Positions 19,296 to 28,702 of a stretch of 64,000 nucleotides of DNA are shown one piece after another. Source of the DNA: an uncultured Roseibium sp. (GTDB taxonomy: Bacteria; Pseudomonadota; Alphaproteobacteria; Rhizobiales; Stappiaceae); assembly GCF_947496995.1 (NCBI RefSeq), contig NZ_CANMFD010000001.1:242692-306691 (forward strand). Direction: 5' to 3'. How positions within the stretch are numbered: the stretch's first letter is position 1; each line of letters opens with the position of its first letter. A program made the position numbers and the translations under genes. The notes below the pieces were generated by a model. The model was given only the letters and a program-made list of their open reading frames with translations, was not told the DNA's origin and did no database searches.

Positions 19296-20531
19296 ATGGA
19301 TCTGGGTATTTCGGACAGGGTGCGCCCGCTTGTCGAAAAGGTCCGGCATATGGTCGAGACCGAGATCGCACCGCTGGATGTCGAATTTCACCATGAGGTG
19401 GGCCGTCATCCCTCCGGGGACCGCTTCCAGCTGACAGATAGGCAAGTGGAAATTCTCGATGGGTTGAAGGCGAAGGCCAGGGAACGCGGCCTGTGGAATT
19501 TCTGGCTGACCGGCAGCGAACACGGCTACGGACTGACAACCGTCGAATACGCCTATCTTGCGGAGGAAATGGGCAAGGTCGGCATCGCAGCGGAGATTTT
19601 CAACTGTAACGCGCCGGACACCGGCAACATGGAAGTGCTGGAACGCTATGGCACCGAGGCCCACAAGCAGCGCTGGCTGAAGCCTCTGCTCGAGGGGGAG
19701 ATCCGCTCCGCCTATCTGATGACCGAACCCGACGTTGCCTCGTCCGACGCCACGAACATTTCCCTGACTGCGGTCAGGGACGGCGGAGACTGGGTTCTTA
19801 ACGGCGAGAAATGGTGGTCGAGCGGGGCGGGCGACCCGCGCTGCAAGCTCTATATCGTCATGGCCCTGACGGATCCGCAGGCACACAAGCACAGCCGTCA
19901 TTCCATGTTCCTGCTGCCGGCGGGCACGGAGGGGATAGAGGTTCTGCGGCCGATGCAGGTCTTCGGGTCGGACGATGCCCCGCACGGCCACATGCATATC
20001 CGCTTCACCGATGTCCGCGTGCCGCAAGAGGATCTGGTCCTGGGCGAGGGCCGGGGCTTTGAAGTGGCGCAGGGCCGGCTCGGCCCCGGCCGCATCCACC
20101 ATTGCATGCGCGCCATCGGCCAGGCGGAAAAGGCGCTTGAGATCCTGTGCGCGCGAGCATTGAGCCGGGAAGCCTTCGGAAGGAAGCTTGCCGAGCTGGG
20201 GGGCAATTACGACATCATCGCCAATGCACGCATGGAAATCGAGATGGCCAGGCTGCTGTGTCTGAAGGCCGCCTGGGTGATGGACACGCAGGGAACCCGC
20301 GCAGCCCAGCCCTGGATCAGCCAGATCAAGGTGGTGGCGCCGCTGATGGCGCTGAAAATCGTTGACGAGGCGATGCAGCTTCACGGCGCGGGCGGCATCA
20401 GCCAGGACTTCCCGCTGGCGGCCATGTGGACGAATTTGCGCACGCTCCGTTTTGTCGACGGGCCGGATGCGGTGCACCGCCGCCAGGTGGCCCGCATGGA
20501 GCTGCGCAAATATGCAAATTCCGAGACCTGA
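19296..20531 (+). CDS. acyl-CoA dehydrogenase, ACAD10/ACAD11/FadE2-like clade
   Basis: ATG 19296 follows GGGAGA. Contains LMTEPDVASSDATNI, GEKWWSSGAGDPRC and LRFVDGPDAVHRRQVAR. Followed 3 nt later by a kinase gene. Confidence 0.85.
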   Translation: MDLGISDRVRPLVEKVRHMVETEIAPLDVEFHHEVGRHPSGDRFQLTDRQVEILDGLKAKARERGLWNFWLTGSEHGYGLTTVEYAYLAEEMGKVGIAAEIFNCNAPDTGNMEVLERYGTEAHKQRWLKPLLEGEIRSAYLMTEPDVASSDATNISLTAVRDGGDWVLNGEKWWSSGAGDPRCKLYIVMALTDPQAHKHSRHSMFLLPAGTEGIEVLRPMQVFGSDDAPHGHMHIRFTDVRVPQEDLVLGEGRGFEVAQGRLGPGRIHHCMRAIGQAEKALEILCARALSREAFGRKLAELGGNYDIIANARMEIEMARLLCLKAAWVMDTQGTRAAQPWISQIKVVAPLMALKIVDEAMQLHGAGGISQDFPLAAMWTNLRTLRFVDGPDAVHRRQVARMELRKYANSET

Positions 20532-20533
20532 CC

Positions 20534-21565
20534 ATGACAGCAGGCGCGGTGGATCCGGACCTTGAGGCTCTCGGTACCTGGCTCGAAGGGCACTTGCCCG
20601 GGTTCCGTGGCCCGCTGCGGGCGGAAAAGTTCGATCGAGGCCAGTCCAATCCGACCTACAGGTTGCGCGCGGCATCCGGCGACTACGTCCTGCGCCGCAA
20701 GCCTCCCGGCGTGCTGCTGAAGTCCGCCCATGCTGTCGAGCGGGAGTTCCGGGTGCAAAAGGCGCTGGCCAGGTCGGACGTTCCTGTCGCCCGCATGCAT
20801 GTCCTGTGCGAGGACGAAAGCGTCATCGGCTCCGCCTTTTACGTGATGGGCCTGGTTCAGGGCCGCAACTTCGAAGATCCGCGTCTTCCGGACATCGGTT
20901 TTGAGATGCGTGCTGCCATCTATGAGGAGATGAACCGCGTTCTTGCGGCCATTCACAGCGTGGATCTGCAGGCGCGCAGCCTGTCGGATTTCGGACCTGC
21001 GGGCAACTATTACCGACGGCAGATTGATCGCTGGACCAAACAGTACCGGGCGAGCGAAACCGGAGAGATTGCGGCCATGGACGACCTGATCGCCTGGCTG
21101 GATGCCAATGTCCCGGAAGAGGATGGCATGCGGACCCTGGTTCACGGCGATTACCGCATCGACAATCTGCTCTTTGCCGAAAATGGCCCGGCCTGCGTTG
21201 CCGTTCTCGACTGGGAACTTTCAACCATCGGCCATCCCTTCGCCGATCTCGCAGCGCTGATCATGCAGTGGCGTCTCCCGCCCGGTTCGGAGGGACGCGG
21301 CCTCGCCGGGGTCGACCGGAAAGCGCTGGGCCTTCCGGAGGACGAAGCCTTCATCGACAGCTACTGCGCCCGCACGGGTCTTCCCGGTATTCCGGATTTC
21401 GGCTTCTATCTCGCCTTCTGTTTCTTCCGCATGGGCGCGATCCTCCAGGGGGTCGGAAAGCGCGCGCTCGACGGCAATGCCTCCAATCCGGAGCAGGGCC
21501 TTCGCCTCGCGGCCGCCGTTCCGCGGTATGCAGCGGGGGGGCTGGAAGCTGCGAAAAAGGTCTAG
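20534..21565 (+). CDS. APH-like phosphotransferase (ACAD10/11-associated kinase; LvaA-like)
   Basis: GQSNPTYRL, YVLRRKPPG and the catalytic loop HGDYRIDNLLF followed by VLDWELS. Start at MTAGAV (ATG 20534). Confidence 0.85.
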   Translation: MTAGAVDPDLEALGTWLEGHLPGFRGPLRAEKFDRGQSNPTYRLRAASGDYVLRRKPPGVLLKSAHAVEREFRVQKALARSDVPVARMHVLCEDESVIGSAFYVMGLVQGRNFEDPRLPDIGFEMRAAIYEEMNRVLAAIHSVDLQARSLSDFGPAGNYYRRQIDRWTKQYRASETGEIAAMDDLIAWLDANVPEEDGMRTLVHGDYRIDNLLFAENGPACVAVLDWELSTIGHPFADLAALIMQWRLPPGSEGRGLAGVDRKALGLPEDEAFIDSYCARTGLPGIPDFGFYLAFCFFRMGAILQGVGKRALDGNASNPEQGLRLAAAVPRYAAGGLEAAKKV

Positions 21566-21787
21566 CCGCGGGCATGCCTTTAAGAACAGGCGCGATCAGA
21601 AATCCGCCGAGTATCTCTGAACAAGTCGGCGATGAAGATCCGGAGAACATTGTTTGTCCGTCTTGCCATGGCTTGACCATGGCATCCATGCCGTTTCGGT
21701 ACCACGAGTTCCAGTCCGGCCTGAAATCCCTCGCACCGGTAATGCATGGCACAGAGATGAGAACCGCCGGGAAGGAATTTGCGCCTG

Positions 21788-23965
21788 TCACCCCCTGTTG
21801 TTCATATCCGCGAAGTTCTCGCCGCTTTCGGCCATCTTGCGAAGCAGGTCCGGGACGCGCCAGTAGTAGGAATCCTCCACCGCGTAGGCCTCGATCCGGC
21901 GCACCAGTTCGCTGGCGCCGATAAGGTCGGCGGTGTGCATCGGGCCGCCACGGAAGCGTGGGAAGCCGTAGCCGAAGAGGAACACCGCGTCGATATCGAT
22001 GGGCCGCAGAGCGATGCCTTCTTCCAGAACGCGGGTCGCCTCCAGGATCATGGCGGTCATGAAACGGCTGACGATCTCGTCGGAGGTGAAACCGCGCGGC
22101 GTGATCCCTGCCTTGGCGCGTTCCTCGCCGATGATCTCGAGCGCGGCCGGATTGGGGCGGCTGCCCTCCGCATCGTAGATATAGAATCCCTGGCCGCTCT
22201 TGCGGCCGAACCAGCCGTTTTCGCACAGCCGGTCGGCAATCGGGATATAGCGCTCTTCCGCAGGACGCGTGGCCGCGCGGCGTTTGTTGGCCGCCCAGCT
22301 GATGTCGAGGCCGGCAAGATCGGCCACCTGGTAAGGGCCCATTGCAAAGCCGAAACCGGTCATCGCCCGGTCGATCTCTTCCGGCGATGCGCCGTCCATC
22401 ATCATGTAGTCTGCAGACTTCTTGTAGAAGGTCATGATGCGGTTGCCGATGAAGCCGTCGCAGACGCCGGAGCGAACGGCGATCTTCTTCAAGGCCTTGG
22501 CAAGCGCAAAGCCCGTCGCGACCGTCTCTGCGCTGGTCTTCTCCGCCACAACGACTTCCAGAAGCCGCATCACATGCGCAGGAGAAAAGAAATGCAGGCC
22601 GATGACGTCTTCCGGCCGGTTCGTCATCGCCGCGATCTCGTTGATATCGAGATAGGATGTGTTGGACGCCAGCACGGCGCCGGGTTTGGCGATCCTGTCG
22701 AGGGTTTCGAAGATCTCGCGTTTGACGCTCATCTCCTCGAACACCGCCTCGATGATCAGGTCCGACTGTGACAGGGCGGCAAGATCGGTTGACGTCACGA
22801 GTTTCGACGCGAGGATCGCCTCGCGTCCGTCCGGCGAGAGTTTGCCGCGCTTCACGGCGCCATCCAGATTGCGGCTGATAGCAGCCGTGCCGCGATCCAG
22901 TCCTGCCTGATCCCGTTCGCTCAAGGTGACCGGAAAACCGGCCAGCAGCGCCGCCGTCGCGATGCCGGAACCCATGGTTCCTCCGCCGATCACGCCAATG
23001 GACGCGATGTCCCTGGGCTTTACGCCTGCTTCCGGGATCTTGGCAACAGCCCGTTCGGCGAAAAACGCGTGGATCAGGCCCGCGCGCTGGGGGCTATCCA
23101 TACACGCGTCATAAAGACGGCGTTCTTCCTTCAGGCCTTCGGCAATGGGCAGCCTGCTCGCCTCGACGGCGTCCACGCATTTGTGCGGCGAATAAAGAAG
23201 GGGCTGGGATTTTGCGAGCTTCTCCCGCATCGCCTGGAGAGCGGTATCGTCCGGCACCACGGTCAGGTCCCCGGTCTTGCGCACCTTCAGCTTGCCGTCG
23301 ATCAGGTCCTGCGCCGCCTGCAGCGCGGCCTCGCGCGGATCAGCCTCGCTCAGCCTGTCGACAAGGCCGAATTCCAGGGCATCCTGCGCGCTGACCTGCT
23401 TGCCGCTGGTGATCATGTCGAGAGCTGCCGGTATGCCCGCCAGCCGTGGCGCTCTCTGGGTTCCGCCGGCGCCGGGCAGAATCCCGAGCGTTACTTCCGG
23501 AAAGCCGACTTTCGTGCCTTTGAGGGCGACGCGGGCGTGGCAGGAAAGCGCGACCTCGAAACCGCCGCCAAGCGTCGTGCCATGAAGAACGCAGGCGATG
23601 GGTTTGCCCGAATTCTCCAGAAAATTACAGACCTCCGGCAGCCACGGGTCGAGCGGCGGCTTGCCGAATTCCCTGATGTCGGCACCGGCAATGAATGTCC
23701 GCCCCTTCGCGTAGAGCCCGATGGCCGCGATATCCGTGTCGTCCTGCAGGCGTTCGACCGCCTGACACAGGCCCGTGCGCAGGGCATGAGAGGCGGCATT
23801 CACCGGTGGATTGTCTAGCGCGACAAGCGCGACCGGCCCTTGCCGTTCAATGGACACGACTTCGTTGACAGCGATCTCGCCGGCTTCGGGACCGGCTTCA
23901 GGAATTGTCTGCATTTTGGTCTCCCACGACCGCTTCGCACGAGCGGTTTCGCCGTCGAGTGTCAT
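21788..23965 (-). CDS. bifunctional enoyl-CoA hydratase / 3-hydroxyacyl-CoA dehydrogenase (FadJ/FadB-like)
   Basis: N-terminal crotonase domain (LDNPPVNA…GADIREF). Central NAD-binding motif IGVIGGGTMGSGIA. Alternative start at ATG 23914. Confidence 0.88.
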   Translation of the reverse strand: MTLDGETARAKRSWETKMQTIPEAGPEAGEIAVNEVVSIERQGPVALVALDNPPVNAASHALRTGLCQAVERLQDDTDIAAIGLYAKGRTFIAGADIREFGKPPLDPWLPEVCNFLENSGKPIACVLHGTTLGGGFEVALSCHARVALKGTKVGFPEVTLGILPGAGGTQRAPRLAGIPAALDMITSGKQVSAQDALEFGLVDRLSEADPREAALQAAQDLIDGKLKVRKTGDLTVVPDDTALQAMREKLAKSQPLLYSPHKCVDAVEASRLPIAEGLKEERRLYDACMDSPQRAGLIHAFFAERAVAKIPEAGVKPRDIASIGVIGGGTMGSGIATAALLAGFPVTLSERDQAGLDRGTAAISRNLDGAVKRGKLSPDGREAILASKLVTSTDLAALSQSDLIIEAVFEEMSVKREIFETLDRIAKPGAVLASNTSYLDINEIAAMTNRPEDVIGLHFFSPAHVMRLLEVVVAEKTSAETVATGFALAKALKKIAVRSGVCDGFIGNRIMTFYKKSADYMMMDGASPEEIDRAMTGFGFAMGPYQVADLAGLDISWAANKRRAATRPAEERYIPIADRLCENGWFGRKSGQGFYIYDAEGSRPNPAALEIIGEERAKAGITPRGFTSDEIVSRFMTAMILEATRVLEEGIALRPIDIDAVFLFGYGFPRFRGGPMHTADLIGASELVRRIEAYAVEDSYYWRVPDLLRKMAESGENFADMNNRG

Positions 23966-24025
23966 TTCCGCCCCCGACTTGTCAAGCGAACCCGCCGCCG
24001 GGAAACCGTCTCGAAGGCTTCGCCG

Positions 24026-24490
24026 TCAGCGAGCAGGAGATGATTTGGGAGAAAAACTGCACCGGTCGGGTTTCAGGTCGATGAGCGGTGTGCCGTCCAG
24101 GCAATCGAGGCCGCGAACGATCAGGTTCGCTCCCTCGACCGAGACCAGCCTGGCGATGACGGTTCCGATCGGATTCGGCCTCACGGGAGACCGCAGGGCG
24201 AAGGTGCCGGAGGTTCCCTCGCTGTGGCCTGGATTCTGGATCACCAGGTCGCGCCGGGACTTGTCGAGCCAGTAGAGCACTTCGACGCGCTCGAATTTTT
24301 CAATGCCCTTGAGCGCCTGGTCCCAGGGTTCGAATATCTCGATCCGGCATTCCGGCCCGTCGATCTTGCCCTGATGCGGACATGCCTTCCTGTCGGTCCA
24401 GGGCGTGTGTATGCGCCCGATGAATTGCAGCCGGGCATCGTCGGGATCCGGGGTCGACACGGAAATTTCATGCGGACGGATATCGCTCAT
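24026..24490 (-). CDS. trmO: tRNA (m6t6A37) methyltransferase TrmO / TsaA (YaeB, UPF0066) family
   Basis: 154 aa. IGRIHTPW, FALRSPVRPNPIG and LDGTPLIDLKP are typical of the TsaA family. Confidence 0.8.
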   Translation of the reverse strand: MSDIRPHEISVSTPDPDDARLQFIGRIHTPWTDRKACPHQGKIDGPECRIEIFEPWDQALKGIEKFERVEVLYWLDKSRRDLVIQNPGHSEGTSGTFALRSPVRPNPIGTVIARLVSVEGANLIVRGLDCLDGTPLIDLKPDRCSFSPKSSPAR

Positions 24491-24935
24491 GCTTGCAAGG
24501 TCCTGTGATTGCTGTTTGCCTCAACTATACGCATGCGATCTGAGTTCACACCCTAGAACCTGTTTCCTTTCACGCCGGAGCACAAGATACCCGCCCCGGC
24601 GAACCTTTTGTAGCAGGAGGTGCCGGTCCGGAATTGTTTTGTGACGATTCCGGACAACTGGAACAAGAAATTATAAGCTATGCTCTTTGTGTAGTTCGCC
24701 GATGTGCAGGGCTCTCGGGGTCTCTGCTCATGGACGAAGCCAGATAAAAGGCGCAGACGCATCTAGATCGGTCAACGTAACTGCTTTTGCTGAAAGCTGG
24801 TTGATTTAGGGATACTTCCTTCCGGGAAAAGTTATTTCTTTCTCCGGAGCCTTTGTCTTGAGTAGAAATCTCGCCATTCAGCTACGCTGCAAAATATTAA
24901 TTCGCCTCCTGATCAAAAAATATTCATTTTTTTTC

Positions 24936-24971
24936 AATGCCCCCTTTCAATGCGGTGGCATTTTTGTTTTT
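24936..24971 (+). terminator. intrinsic-terminator-like hairpin plus T-run inside the leader of the ABC importer
   Basis: AATGCCCCC / GGTGGCATT stem (8 pairs, 1 mismatch) with loop TTTCAATGC, followed by TTTGTTTTT. No + strand CDS lies upstream. Confidence 0.4.
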
Positions 24972-25076
24972 CTATGCGAGTTCGTGTCACTCGATAGCTC
25001 CAAGGGGACGATCGTCACCTGAGGGTTATTGGCTGCGCTTCTAATAATAATGAACGAAACCGGACTTGGGGACAAA

Positions 25077-26171
25077 ATGGCGAACACACGGGGCGCTGCT
25101 GTTAAGTATGACGGCGTTCAAAAGAGCTATGACGGGGAAACCCTTGTCGTAAAGAACCTCAATCTCGACATCCCACCTGGCGAATTCCTGACCATGCTCG
25201 GGCCGTCGGGATCCGGAAAAACCACCTGCCTGATGATGCTGGCGGGTTTTGAACCGGCGACCCATGGCGAGATCTTTCTCAACGATCGACCGATCAACAA
25301 TGTGCCACCGCACAAGCGCGGTATCGGCATGGTCTTTCAGAACTACGCCCTGTTTCCGCATATGACGGTGGCCGAAAACCTGGCGTTTCCGCTTCAGGTT
25401 CGCGGTGTCGGCAAGGCCGATCAGAGCGAGAAAGTCCAGCGGGCGCTGGAGATGGTCGAACTCGGCGCATTCGGCAACCGCCGTCCGGCGCAACTGTCCG
25501 GTGGTCAGCAGCAGCGCGTCGCCGTGGCCCGCGCACTGGTTTTCGACCCTGAACTCGTGCTGATGGACGAACCGCTGGGCGCGCTCGACAAGCAGCTGCG
25601 CGAGCAGATGCAGTATGAAATCAAGCACATTCACGAGAATCTCGGCGTTACGGTGGTCTATGTCACCCACGACCAGACAGAGGCTCTGACCATGTCCGAC
25701 CGGGTGGCCGTATTCAATGACGGCATCATCCAGCAGCTGTCGACGCCGGACGACCTGTACGAGGATCCTCAGAACTCGTTCGTCGCCCAGTTCATCGGCG
25801 AGAACAACAAGCTGAACGGCAAGGTGATCGGGGTTCAGGGGGAAGAATGCCTCGTTGAACTCGATGACGGCACTCAACTCAAGGCGGACAGGGTGAACGT
25901 GTCCGCTGTCGGCGACAAGACGACCGTGTCGCTGCGGCCGGAAAGAGTTGAATTCGACACCAATACTTCGATGGACAATCTGGTCAATGGCCAGATTGAG
26001 GAGCTCATTTATCTCGGCGACCACATTCGCGTTCGCATGAACGTGGCCGGCAATAAAGAGTTCATCGTCAAGGTTCGCAACCGCGGAGAGAAGCGCAAGC
26101 TGAATGTCGGCGAGACAGTCCAGGTGGGCTGGGCGCTGAACGACTGCAAGGCACTCGACGCTGTTGTCTGA
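25077..26171 (+). CDS. ABC transporter ATP-binding protein (PotA/spermidine-putrescine-type)
   Basis: Walker A GPSGSGKTT, signature LSGGQQQRVAVARAL, Walker B LVLMDEP, and a C-terminal TOBE-like domain. Confidence 0.9.
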   Translation: MANTRGAAVKYDGVQKSYDGETLVVKNLNLDIPPGEFLTMLGPSGSGKTTCLMMLAGFEPATHGEIFLNDRPINNVPPHKRGIGMVFQNYALFPHMTVAENLAFPLQVRGVGKADQSEKVQRALEMVELGAFGNRRPAQLSGGQQQRVAVARALVFDPELVLMDEPLGALDKQLREQMQYEIKHIHENLGVTVVYVTHDQTEALTMSDRVAVFNDGIIQQLSTPDDLYEDPQNSFVAQFIGENNKLNGKVIGVQGEECLVELDDGTQLKADRVNVSAVGDKTTVSLRPERVEFDTNTSMDNLVNGQIEELIYLGDHIRVRMNVAGNKEFIVKVRNRGEKRKLNVGETVQVGWALNDCKALDAVV

Positions 26172-26255
26172 AATCGCCCGGCGGCCGGTTTCCGGCCGTC
26201 AGCGACCAAAACGGAAGAGCATCCGTTAAAATCCTAAAAGAGGGAGCTAGAATCC

Positions 26256-27356
26256 ATGAAGCTCAAAACTGTAATTCTTGCAGGCACCGCACTGGCATTC
26301 GCCGGCAGCGCTGCTGTTGCTGAAGACATGACCCTGGTCTCCTGGGGCGGCGCTTATCAGGCGTCCCAGAAGGCTGCCTACGCGGATCCCTACGTCGCGG
26401 ACCATCCGGACGTGACCATCATCTGGGACGAGTCCTCCGCTGAAGCCGTTGCGAAACTGCGCGCAATGAACGAAGCCGGCAACATCACCTGGGACCTGGT
26501 TGATGTTGTTGCTTCCGATGCCATTCGTCTGTGCGACGAAGGTCTGGCAATGGAAATCGATCCGGACACCGACCTTGCTGCTGCTCCGGACGGCACTTCG
26601 GCGGCTGACGATTTCGGCGACCTGCTGGTCTCCGAGTGCTTCATTCCGCAGATTGTCTACTCCACCACCTTCGGCTACCGCTCCGACGTTGCGGACTGGG
26701 GCGGCAAGGAGCCGGACGACATTTGCGACGTTTTCGATCTGGAAGCATTCCCGGGCAAACGCGCCCTGGAAAAGCGTCCGATCAACAACATGGAATGGGC
26801 GCTGCTGTGTGACGGCGTTGCAAAGGAAGACGTCTATGACGTTCTGGAGACCGATGAAGGTCTTGACCGTGCCTTTGCCAAGCTCGACACCATCAAGGAC
26901 AGCGTCGTCTGGTGGTCCGCAGGTGCGGAAACGCCGCAGCTTCTGGCTGACAGCGAAGTCGTCATCGGCTCCACCTACAACGGCCGCCTGTTTGCCCTGA
27001 TCGAAGAGCAGAAGCAGCCGGTCAAGATGCTGTGGGACGCCCAGGTGTTCGACCTTGACGGCTGGATCATCCCGGCCGGTCTTCCGGAAGATCGCCTTGC
27101 CGCAGTGAAGGACTTCGTCAAATTCGCCACCGACACTCAGCGTCTGGCGGATCAGGCGAAGTACATCTCCTACGGCCCGGCCCGCAAGTCGTCCGCTCCG
27201 CTGGTCGGCAAGCACGCCGATCTCGGCATCGACATGGCACCGCATATGCCGACCGATCCGAACAACGCCAAGAACACCTTCCTGTATAACTACGAATGGT
27301 GGGCGGATTACCGCGACGACATCGACGCCAAATTCCAGGCGTGGCTGTCCCAGTAA
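26256..27356 (+). CDS. ABC transporter periplasmic substrate-binding protein (PotD/PotF-like, SBP family 1)
   Basis: Signal peptide MKLKTVILAGTALAFAGSAAVA, then the SWGGAYQ motif typical of this SBP group. Confidence 0.85.
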   Translation: MKLKTVILAGTALAFAGSAAVAEDMTLVSWGGAYQASQKAAYADPYVADHPDVTIIWDESSAEAVAKLRAMNEAGNITWDLVDVVASDAIRLCDEGLAMEIDPDTDLAAAPDGTSAADDFGDLLVSECFIPQIVYSTTFGYRSDVADWGGKEPDDICDVFDLEAFPGKRALEKRPINNMEWALLCDGVAKEDVYDVLETDEGLDRAFAKLDTIKDSVVWWSAGAETPQLLADSEVVIGSTYNGRLFALIEEQKQPVKMLWDAQVFDLDGWIIPAGLPEDRLAAVKDFVKFATDTQRLADQAKYISYGPARKSSAPLVGKHADLGIDMAPHMPTDPNNAKNTFLYNYEWWADYRDDIDAKFQAWLSQ

Positions 27357-27427
27357 GCCTTTGCGGCTCCGGTCCGGGTGGGCAATGCCCACCCGGATCT
27401 TCAAATTGATTTGCGGAAGACTGTTTC

Positions 27428-28693
27428 ATGAGCGATACCACAGCCGGTCAGGTTCTCACCACCAAGGACGGAAAGCCTCTCAAGGCCGCCCTTGCAAGGG
27501 CGTTGCGCCGGGAAAAACTGCGTTCCCTGGCCTTGATCGCGCCGTTGCTCATCTTCGTGCTGCTGACCTTTGTCGCACCGATCGTGGACATGCTGTTCCG
27601 CTCCGTTGAAAACAGCATCGTCGAGGATACGCTTCCCAGGACCGTCGTCGCCCTGCGTGAGTGGGACCCGGCGTCCGGACAGGTCCCGGACGAGGAAGTC
27701 TTTGCCGCTCTTTACGGAGATCTGGTGGTCGCCGTTGAGGAAAAGAAACATACCCGCCTCGGCTCCCGGCTGAACTACGAGGAAAGCGGTATTTCCAGCC
27801 TGTTCCGCAAGACCGGACGGCGCGTCAACCGCATGGACGAGGCCGGTCCGTTCAAGGAACAGTTCATTGACGCCGACGACAAGTGGGACGAGATCGGCAC
27901 TTGGCAGGTGCTGCGGCAATTCTCACCGCCTTATACCGACGGGTATTTTCTGAACGCCTTCGACGCGCAAAGGACGGCCGATGGTATCGAGTTGAAGCCG
28001 GAGGACGAGCGGATCTACATGCTCCTGTTCGGCAGAACCCTGTTCCTGTCGATCGTGATCACCGTTTCCTGTCTGCTGCTCGGCTATCCGATTGCATTTC
28101 TGCTCGCGGCGTTACCGCTGCGCAGTTCCAATCTTCTGATGATCCTCGTGCTGCTGCCCTTCTGGACCAGTCTCCTGGTCCGCACATCCGCATGGAAAGT
28201 GCTGTTGCAGCAACAGGGGGTGATCAACGACTTCCTGGTCTGGACCGGTCTGATCAGTGACGCGAGCCGTCTGGTGATGATCAACAACCAGACCGGCACG
28301 ATCATCGCCATGACGCATATCCTTCTGCCCTTCATGATCCTGCCGCTCTATTCGGTGATGAAAACCATCTCGCCGACATATGTGCGCGCAGCCAAGAGCC
28401 TTGGGGCCAATGACTGGACGGCGTTCTGGCGGGTCTATTTCCCGCAATCCGTGCCGGGGATCGGGGCGGGCGCGGTGCTCGTCTTCATCCTGTCAATCGG
28501 CTACTACATCACGCCGGAACTTGTGGGCGGCACATCGGGCATCTTCATCTCGAACCGGATCGCCTATCACATATCCTCGTCGCTGAACTGGGGACTGGCA
28601 GCCGCTCTGGGTACACTGCTCCTCGTCGCCGTGATGGTTCTCTTTGTTGTCTACGACAAGATCGTCGGCATCGATAACGTGAAACTGGGCTAG
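27428..28693 (+). CDS. ABC transporter permease (PotB-like, with N-terminal extension)
   Basis: Multiple hydrophobic helices. EAA-type loop AAKSLGANDWTAFWRVYFP. Confidence 0.85.
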   Translation: MSDTTAGQVLTTKDGKPLKAALARALRREKLRSLALIAPLLIFVLLTFVAPIVDMLFRSVENSIVEDTLPRTVVALREWDPASGQVPDEEVFAALYGDLVVAVEEKKHTRLGSRLNYEESGISSLFRKTGRRVNRMDEAGPFKEQFIDADDKWDEIGTWQVLRQFSPPYTDGYFLNAFDAQRTADGIELKPEDERIYMLLFGRTLFLSIVITVSCLLLGYPIAFLLAALPLRSSNLLMILVLLPFWTSLLVRTSAWKVLLQQQGVINDFLVWTGLISDASRLVMINNQTGTIIAMTHILLPFMILPLYSVMKTISPTYVRAAKSLGANDWTAFWRVYFPQSVPGIGAGAVLVFILSIGYYITPELVGGTSGIFISNRIAYHISSSLNWGLAAALGTLLLVAVMVLFVVYDKIVGIDNVKLG

Positions 28694-28702
28694 GTCACGA
28701 TT

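Noticed and set aside
21566-21787. 222-bp convergent spacer with a TGCCATGG-CTTGAC-CATGGCA hairpin (about 21661-21682), and ORF 21654-21866.
   Set aside because: The ORF has no SD and runs into the FadJ-like gene antisense. The hairpin lacks a U-tract and is probably a weak terminator. Nothing further can be supported.
24340-24352. GGTTCGAAT string resembling a tRNA T-arm.
   Set aside because: It lies inside the trmO coding frame. No acceptor, D or anticodon arms can be drawn around it. No tRNA was found anywhere in the window by eye.
24938-25045. 35-codon ORF (MPPFNAVAFLFFYASSCHSIAPRGRSSPEGYWLRF*) in the AT-rich leader.
   Set aside because: There is no Shine-Dalgarno sequence. It overlaps the terminator-like hairpin. 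Composition looks like translated non-coding DNA.
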